Source: a virus
Lineage: Duplodnaviria > Caudoviricetes
Length of the DNA stretch: 55,113 bases
Strand: one strand, 5' to 3'
IMG/VR virus record: IMGVR_UViG_3300009593_000022
Coordinates: 1-55,113 of that record
Under the pieces are notes generated by a model. It made no database searches. It was given only the letters and a program-made list of their open reading frames with translations, and was not told the origin of the DNA. This document shows, one piece after another, positions 9,736-18,700 of this stretch. Position 1 is the first letter of the stretch, and each line of letters starts with the position of its first letter. The position numbers and the translations under genes are program-made.

Positions 9736-12700
9736 TGCCTGGACCTGTTGGAGATCAAAGAATAACTGACCTAATCCCCGATATGCTCCCAGAGCGTATG
9801 AGGGATAGCGAGGAAACATACAAACTGTTCCTCGAAGAGTATTATAAGTGGTTAGAGTATATCAAAATTGATTTTATTGAGGATATCAGTACCATCTTTT
9901 CAGAGGGTGCAGTTCTCATAGGTGAAACAACGTTCGCCAGAGCGATTGTTAAGTCCATTCCTACTCCATATTGCGCATATGTCGAGTATATCTCCACAGA
10001 AAAATTTGCCATCGGTGAGGAAGTTGCTACAGAACAACTTTCTTGGGATGACCTAGTCGAAGAACACAAAGACCGATTCGATGTAGAGTTCTGGGGCCTA
10101 AGTCCAGGCCGAGACTATTCCGCACAAGTTCAGACTTTTACGTACAACGCCGCTATCGCCGCGTCGTACATGATGAACCTTCAAGATGTTGACTCTACAG
10201 ATTCCGATATATTTCTACAAACAGCCCGCGACTCAATGCTACACGGGTGGCCTGAGTTAGCTTCCAAGTCTTATGATATGCCAGACGGAGCCGAAGGTTC
10301 TGTCAACGAGAGACAACTCGCTAAAATGATTAAGTCCTACGGACTACAAAAAGGTACGGACTTGTCAATGGAATTCTTATTCCGATTGATATTTGGTGAA
10401 GAAGCAGACATATACTATCCAAAAGACTTCATGCTCAGAACATCGGATGGTCGATGGTCAGAGCCGAATGTTACCTTTGTTCGAAACATCAAACCAAATG
10501 GGTTTGAATTAGAAGACTTTGTCGGAAAGAGGATACGTGGCCAAACATCGGGTGTCGAAGCTATTGTTGTCAACTCGTATAAAAACTCGGTCCCTGGAAA
10601 AGATGTCTCCGTTCTCGTTTTGGAAACACCGAAAGATGCGGCCAAAGGGGAACAAGGCGGAGGTCCGTGGACGCCTGGAAATCACACCGCGAATAATCTG
10701 TTCGTGGGGGAGACAATCGAAGTCTTACCTGCTACATTCATTGAAGAAGAGGATTGGAGTACCCAGCCCGACAACGTTCTTACGGCCACAATATTCGGTG
10801 GACTCAGAGAAGTTGATATCTGTTCAGCGGGAAGTGGATATGCTCCAGGCGATACAGTCACATTCTCCGATAGAGGAGGCGTCACGGCGACAGCTAATGT
10901 CCGCCTCGTTTCTAACAACTATGCTGTTGACTTCATTAGAGTGGACTCGCAAGGAACTGGATATCAAGTCGGAGATGAAGTTGTCTACTACCCAGCCTAT
11001 TCAGGAGGGCAGAATGGAAAGGCGATTGTTAATGAGTTAGTCGATACTTATTCGATGATACACTCAAATACAGCTATCCAAGAATACGCTAACTTTACAC
11101 CAAACTCAAACGGAGTATTTGGCTCGGTAGGTGATTCCCTGAACGCAAACAATGGTCTGTATTACACAGTCCATATGGGTACTCACTTAGACATGAACGC
11201 TGATACCACAGGACAAACTCTACTCGTTTTCAATACTGCGATGTTTGATGTTGGTGATACAGTTGAATATATGAACGATGTCGGTACATACGATACTGCG
11301 TCGATTACTGGTATTCGTGGAGACCATAGAGAAATTCTAGAACTCAGACTGGACACTCAACCATTTTCCCTAGACGAAGACCACCCACTTTATTCGACTA
11401 CAGAGATTAGGTCTACGACTTACACCCATGCCAATGGGGATACACTCAGTTCAAACGGAATAACACACAATACTGCAAACACGACTATCGCCGCTATGCA
11501 AATCGGTGATACGATGGCATTTCAGACAGAGGTATTCGGTGGTGTAGGAAAGATATTGGTAGAGTCTACTGGTATTGAATACTATGACATACCAGCGGTA
11601 ACAGTTCTTGGTCGTTCAAATGTCGCGACAGATACATCAGCCTGTTATGCCGAAGCATTAGCTTCAGACGCAAGATACTCTACAGCGGTAGGGGCGTCGA
11701 CCTCAGCTTATAACGTTGTAACAATGGCGGTAGACGAAAACGCTATCGTATTTGCGAATGGTTTCTCCGACACAGACCCAGACTTTCCAAAATCTCGTAT
11801 TGAGGTGATGGAACTTTTCCGTACAGAACAAAATGGTATCGGGGAAGCACACAAGCGGTATGTTTGGGGTAACAACGGAGGTGGAGAGGTACGGGCAGAA
11901 CTTGTCGGTGTATTGGAATCAGAATCTATTTCATACTTCATACAAGAAGAGACTCCAGACCAGTTAGAAACAGGTGACTCTTATTATATGTTGTCTGAAG
12001 AAGACCCAGACAGAGAAGACCAGATAATGGCTGAGGGTGATTCAGTCTACATCAAAGTGAAGTTTGACTCAGAAGTATCAGACCCATTCTACCAAGGTCA
12101 AACCTTTCAAATTACAGATAACGCAAACAATGCAATAGGTTCGTTTGACGCGTCACAGGTTTACGACTTCATGAAACAAGGTCGAGACGCAACACTCACA
12201 GTACCTTATCTCGCAACGAACTCTATCTTTGACCTAGCAGTTGTCGACCCAGGCTCAGACTATTCTAACACAGAGAAACCCACGGGTGACGAAAGAAGCC
12301 TAGAAGTCAGGGACGAAAGACAGGCGTATCTTGGATATCATAACCTCAACGCTATTTTAGTCCCAGTCTTAGGCGGAACAATTAAGTACCAAGGACGCTG
12401 GCTAAACGATAAAGGTAAACTTGACTCCTCAATGGTTGTTCAAGATAGTTTCTTCTACCAAGACTTTTCATATGTACTCCGTTCCAAACTGGAAATCGCT
12501 GCATACAGAGATGTAGTTAAGAAGTTAGTCCACATGGCTGGACATCAACTCTGGGGCGAGGTAATGATTGTTACCAGAGCTAACGCTCAACTCTACTCAG
12601 GTGGAGACTACGGAGGCAAGTACGACCCGAACCACATCCACGATGGTTCGTTCATTCCTACAGAAGCCCTTGGGGGTCCTTCTGGTTCACGACCATACCT

Positions 12701-15700
12701 TGAAGTCGTTAGATATTTTGGATATCTGCGTGAGTTCAATGAAGATGGAACAGGTAAACCAGACATTCAGTTCGGTCCTCTTGAAGAGGGAACTGGTTAC
12801 GACCACCCGAAAGAACTTATCAAGGGTCAGGCAGGAGCGTTTGATGTTCTCTTGCACCACGAGCCAATCCTTCACGATGGGTTGTTTTACGCCAATGGCG
12901 CTCCAATAAACTACATTTACACGCCTGGTAAACAATACAACAACCAAGAAGTGTTCAACCTTGTCGACACGATGATAGCGGACGACAAAGAGGGTAACTA
13001 TTTCGACCAGATATTGCACGAACATGGGGGTCAAATCTATTATGAGTTTGACAACGAAGTTCTCAATAACCAACCGACCCACGGGGAATACGTTGACTGG
13101 TATCAGTTCCATCTCGACAGACAAGCGGGAAGAATTGTATGGATAGACGATTCACTTCAGGCACAGAGATTCGGTCTCAACATTGATGACTCTTGGGAGG
13201 GAGCTTGGTACAGAGTTGACCCAGAGGGTAACCACTTATTGACTCAAGACGGAGACTCACTTGTAGGAGAGGACTCCAACCAAGATGTTCTTTTTCCTGA
13301 AGTTTCCTTTAATGCAGGAACAGGTATCATTGTCATCGAAGAAACAAACTCAGTTGATATAACATTCACAGACGCTAACTTCCCTACCGACATTGAGGCA
13401 GGACAAGAAGTCAATGTTCAACTAGAGTATTTCGTTCCAAGGTTTGAGGACTCAGGTTTCACAGTTGATATTAAGAAAGACTTTACCGACTACGAAGTTG
13501 AAGCTCACGTAAACTACGATGAGATGGTTGTAGATGTTCATAACCCAACCATCCTTACTTCAGACCACGCTTTCAAGACGGCTGATGTTACGAATCCTTT
13601 GGGAGACCTCAACGATAGATTCAACTTCTCAAATGGTTTCATTTTCTCACAGTCAGGACTGAAACAGATATCAGAAAGTCCTATCGGTTCAGAACATTAC
13701 GTTGAGGATTCTGCAGGCAATATCGGTCTGTACAAGAACAACGGAGATGACTTTTCCTCGACTCCTTTCACAGTTATGATGGAATATGTCTCTGGACACA
13801 GATGGGGAACAACTCCAACGACTTACGATTTAAGAAAATCCTATTACATTCAAGAAGACAGGATTTCTATTCTTCAGCAGGGTGGGAGAGAGACCACATA
13901 CTTTCACTATAGCCCTTCTCCAAATGTAACTGCTGGAGCTGGTTCAGGTTGGACTGCTGGATGGTTGAAAGAAGTTTCTTCTGGGAATATCGGTAGATAT
14001 ACAAAGTTTGGTCCTACAACACACGGAGAATCAAGGTTTCATGAAGGTACAGACTTTATCGGTAACGGAGGAGCGTCATATACTTACGATGTCTTCACTC
14101 CTAACTCTTCTCTAGACGGACAGACGATTACGATATCAGAGATTGGTAACGACTACAACGTTTCGAATGTAACGAATCTCCCAGCGGTATACAAAATGGA
14201 AGCTATTGATGCTTCGCTTGGTCTTTACAAACCTGTCCATGTTGGAGGGGCGGTCATTGACTGGGGTGGACCTGCAGACAAATACATCGGTGGTCCAAGT
14301 CACAACGCTTTCCAGTCGACCATTCGTTCATCCACTGCTCAGACAATAAACGTAAGAGACAAAGATACAAACGTAGCTATCACAGACCTTGTTGGTCAGG
14401 ATATAGAAGTAATAGGCATAGAGTCTAACACTTTCACACAACAGGATACTTTACTAGGAGAAGATACTGGCGGGACAACTCATATGGATGTCTTTTACGG
14501 ACATAACTATGGGACATTTACAGTTAATGGTCAAGTCCATAACGCTGATGTAAGATACAGAGGATTGGGAGACCCAATTTGGAGCACAATAGCAAGTCAA
14601 CTCGTTCCTGGCGATATGCTTCATGTTCAGTACGTAGGTTTCGCAGCAGTTCTGGGAACTGGTATGGTTCTTTCAGTTGATACCACAAACCAAATTATTT
14701 ACATAAAGGATAACTCACCGATTTATCCAAATGGTGGTTTGATGACTTGGAACAACCTTGACTCCATTAACAAGTTAATGTACAAGAGAGAACAGGTTCC
14801 AACGACACATATTTCTGGAACAGCGACAAGGGCGGTGCCATCGGTCTACAACTTCAATAGTCATATCGGTAGTGGAAAATACGCTATCAATTACGTATCT
14901 GGACCAACGATAGATTTCGGAGTAGGTAACAACTGGTCTGCGGGATACATGACGGAGTTCCAAGTAAAGACTACACAGAAACTTGAAGTCCAAGACCAAG
15001 ACGGAGTTGCAGCAACTTTCGCCAACAGCGATATCACTATTACAGAAGCCTTACCACTTGTTTCAACTCCAAAACTGGATACAACAAGTCTGGTAGTATC
15101 AGCGAATAGTTCAGGTAGACATCATTACATGGCAGACATAGACTCCACAGGTCTATCATTCGGTGATATGGTTTGGTTGACAGGAACGAAACCTACTGGG
15201 GAATCTGTAAGACTTCCAATGAAAGTCACAGGAACCTCTTCCCTGACTTTGACCACAGACAACTGGACGGCTGACTACACATTTCCAGGGACCTTTACAC
15301 TCAACGATGCACAAGTAGAGAAGTATTCTGTATCAAACTCCACAGGAGCTTTCCCAGCTATCTACACTTTCACGGAAACATCAGTTTCAGGAGTTTACGA
15401 CATAACGCACAAATCAGGAGCGGTATTAGATTGGGGTGGACTAAACGACCTTTACGAACAAGGGATGAATACACCTCTCGTTGTAGTCAATGCGACTGCG
15501 GCGAGTTCAGTTGAAGACTGGAAGAAAGATACATTAAACCTTACTGGTAGTATCATCGATTCCAACTCAGCCGCACCTATTGTTCATTTTGATGTAAACT
15601 TACCACAAGGTATTTACTACTTTACAGACATGGTCGCAACTCGACCTTCTTTGGTTCAAACTTTCACAGGGGGTTTTGGACAACCTCTCTATTTTGAACA

Positions 15701-18700
15701 AGAGATATCTTCAAGAGACGCGACATACATTCGATACGACTTCATGGTTCCAAACTATTTCATTGACGGAACTATTCAGTTGTATGCACTTAAAGAAATA
15801 GAGTTCAACTTAGAGGTAGCTCATCTCTGGCAGTCAGACCATCTCGATTGGGATGATCATATGGACGAACAGAAGAATGTAGCTCCTGCAGGAAACAGGT
15901 CTCATTTCCCTGAAGCCCCAGGCACGAACTACTTGAATGGTGGTCTTGATGAAAAGGGGCGATGGGTGCCGAACAGATATGGGCGGAACCAGCAGAATAG
16001 AGGTGCATTTACTCAAATGGATATTGAGTATCTACCTGCTGTAGACGGAAGTTCTATGACTGCTCATTTCCAACCCCCTAAGACACAAATAGTTCATGGA
16101 CACGAAGCTATTGAGATAACCGAGCTTGTCTCGTTTCCTGTCGAAATGGGACTTGACCCAATTGAGATTGAACATCCAGAAATGCTTGTCAATGCGATGA
16201 TGATATCCTCAGACGATATTGAGCCATACTACTGTCATCGTCAAATAGAAATCTACGGATACATGAACGCATATGCAGAGTTCATTGATGACCTAGAAGA
16301 CCACAAAGTCGAGTACGAAATTACAATCGATGTTCGTCCTACAGTTGATATTCTTGACTACGAAGTTGAGATATCTTCCATCAACGAAAAAGAATCAAAT
16401 GTTCTCGTTGTTCCTTTCGGGTCAAACCAAGGAAGATTGGAAGACGAACAGAGTATCTACGACTTCATGAACGAGGACACAGACGGATACATCTCACAGG
16501 AAGCTTCTGAAAACTATCTTCTAGACCCAATCGAAATCGAATATGAGTTGTATGTTGTTCAACAACTTTCTGCTAAAATAGCCGACTTTGAGATGGATAG
16601 TCATCTCTACACTTCTCAGTTACCTTTCGATGTTCACAGAGAAGAAGTTCATATTGAGTTCAAACATTATCCAGCAGTCAATGTATTATTTGGAAACCCA
16701 GAGGAAGACCAGATAGCTTGGAGAGGTGATGATGGAGCTGGATATCTTTGTACAGAAGACGGACACCATAACTTAGTTTACGAAGGTATTCCAAGAGTCG
16801 TTCTCAACGAACCAGTAGAAAAAGAAACAGAGCATGTCATTCGTTACAACTCGTTCACTCCTCCAACTCCACAAAACTTGGAGATGGAAGATGGAACAGG
16901 TTATATGTATGAGGATGGTGGATATGTTTGGTCTGAAGGAGAATACACTCCTCATAACCCTTGGGGTTTTGGAAACAATCCTTGGAGAGTATTCACTGAG
17001 CCAGGCGACAATCCATACAGAGATATCGACCTAGAACTTCAAGCGATAATGACACCAGTCATTATCCCAGATGAACACAGTATTGAGTTTGACTGGAGAG
17101 AAGCAGATGTCATTCCTATGGGTGATATCGTTGTCTACAACCATAACAGGGATAGAGAAGACTACATCGACTATCAGTTGGCCGACCTCATTATGGAGAA
17201 CGAGCCAGGCCATATCCTTGGTGAAGACGGAGTAGGTTTCTGTGTTCTCAGCCGAGGTAACGACTATTTCTTCTACATCGCGAATACTGACTTACCAAAC
17301 CTCTATCACAGACAGATAGAAATAGAACTGGATATTCAGACTCCAGTTGTCGTTGCTCCGAATCCAGAAATGATTCATTACTTTGAGACACGACTTTGGG
17401 TACTTCCACCAGAAGCTTACATAGACTGGAGTCCAGAAGGACACTTTGGTGGTTTCCCTTGTATGGTCGATGAGGATGGTATCTATCATATCGTTGACGA
17501 AAATTACAGCACAGGATTACCTCCTTACGAAATTGGCAGAATATGTTTCGAACCTGCTACATTCCCACCAGACGATCAGGAATGGCACCAAATCGAAATC
17601 GAGCTTATTGCGAATACGGCACCTGTCGCACCTCCACCAGCTCTTCCACCATTGTTATACGAGATATTCATTGGTGCACCTACAGTCTTCAACGAGACTG
17701 AGATAGAGCCATACCCATTCATCAACTATTACCAGATGAGAATTCCTTGGGTATCCTTGGGAGACAGTGGTTTCGAATTTGACGAAGGGGAAAGAACAAT
17801 TCTGTACGGAACTTTGGCAGGTCTGCCAGAACCAATAGAGTTAGAAAAACAACTTCTCTACATCTACAACCCAACGATAATAAGAGAAGACCCAATAAGC
17901 GACCACTTGTTGCAGGTCAACATTGACGCTTCTATCTCAAGTACATTTGACCCAGTTGACAACGAACTTTCACCAGTTCTAGACTATCAGAATGGTGCTG
18001 TCATTTGGAGAGTTAAGTCTCAGGAAGAATTGGAACAGAGTCTTTTCCATTCAATGAACCCAATAAACATCCTGACTGTACTTGAACATATTAACCCATT
18101 TCCAAAACCCATTTATGTTGGAAGTCCGTTAGACCAGACATTGCAAGTCGAAGGTCAAGATAACCAGATGGTTCTTGCACCAGCGATGGCACCAGTTGTC
18201 AAACCAGAGAACGATTTCGCAGAGATGGAATATCAACTCTCCGCCAACTTTGTTTCGGACGAGAGAGAAACGATGGCCGATTGTGCTTGGGGTTCGACAC
18301 AATGGGATGCATGGCTTGAACTTGACGGAAGTCGTGATAGAATACAAGTCTCAGGTGCACTTGATTCAACTCCAGACGAGACATACGGAGATAATGGCGA
18401 GGTTCAGTTCTGGAGATTTGACGGACCTGACAATGTTTCCATACAACAAAAGTCTAAGGAACTCAGACTCGCAGCTGGTTCAGGTGGACATAACAGATAT
18501 TGGAATCACAAGGCGATGCTCGCACTCTGGGATAACCCAGAATATTGGGATGGTTCAGCGTTCCAGCCTGGGTCATACAACTACTCAGGAGCGAGTACCC
18601 CATCTGTTGATGGATACGCACATACATTAAGTCCATTCACAGTAACAACTACAACCAGTCTTTTTGATGCAAGTCAATGGGACAAATACAGAACTTTCTG

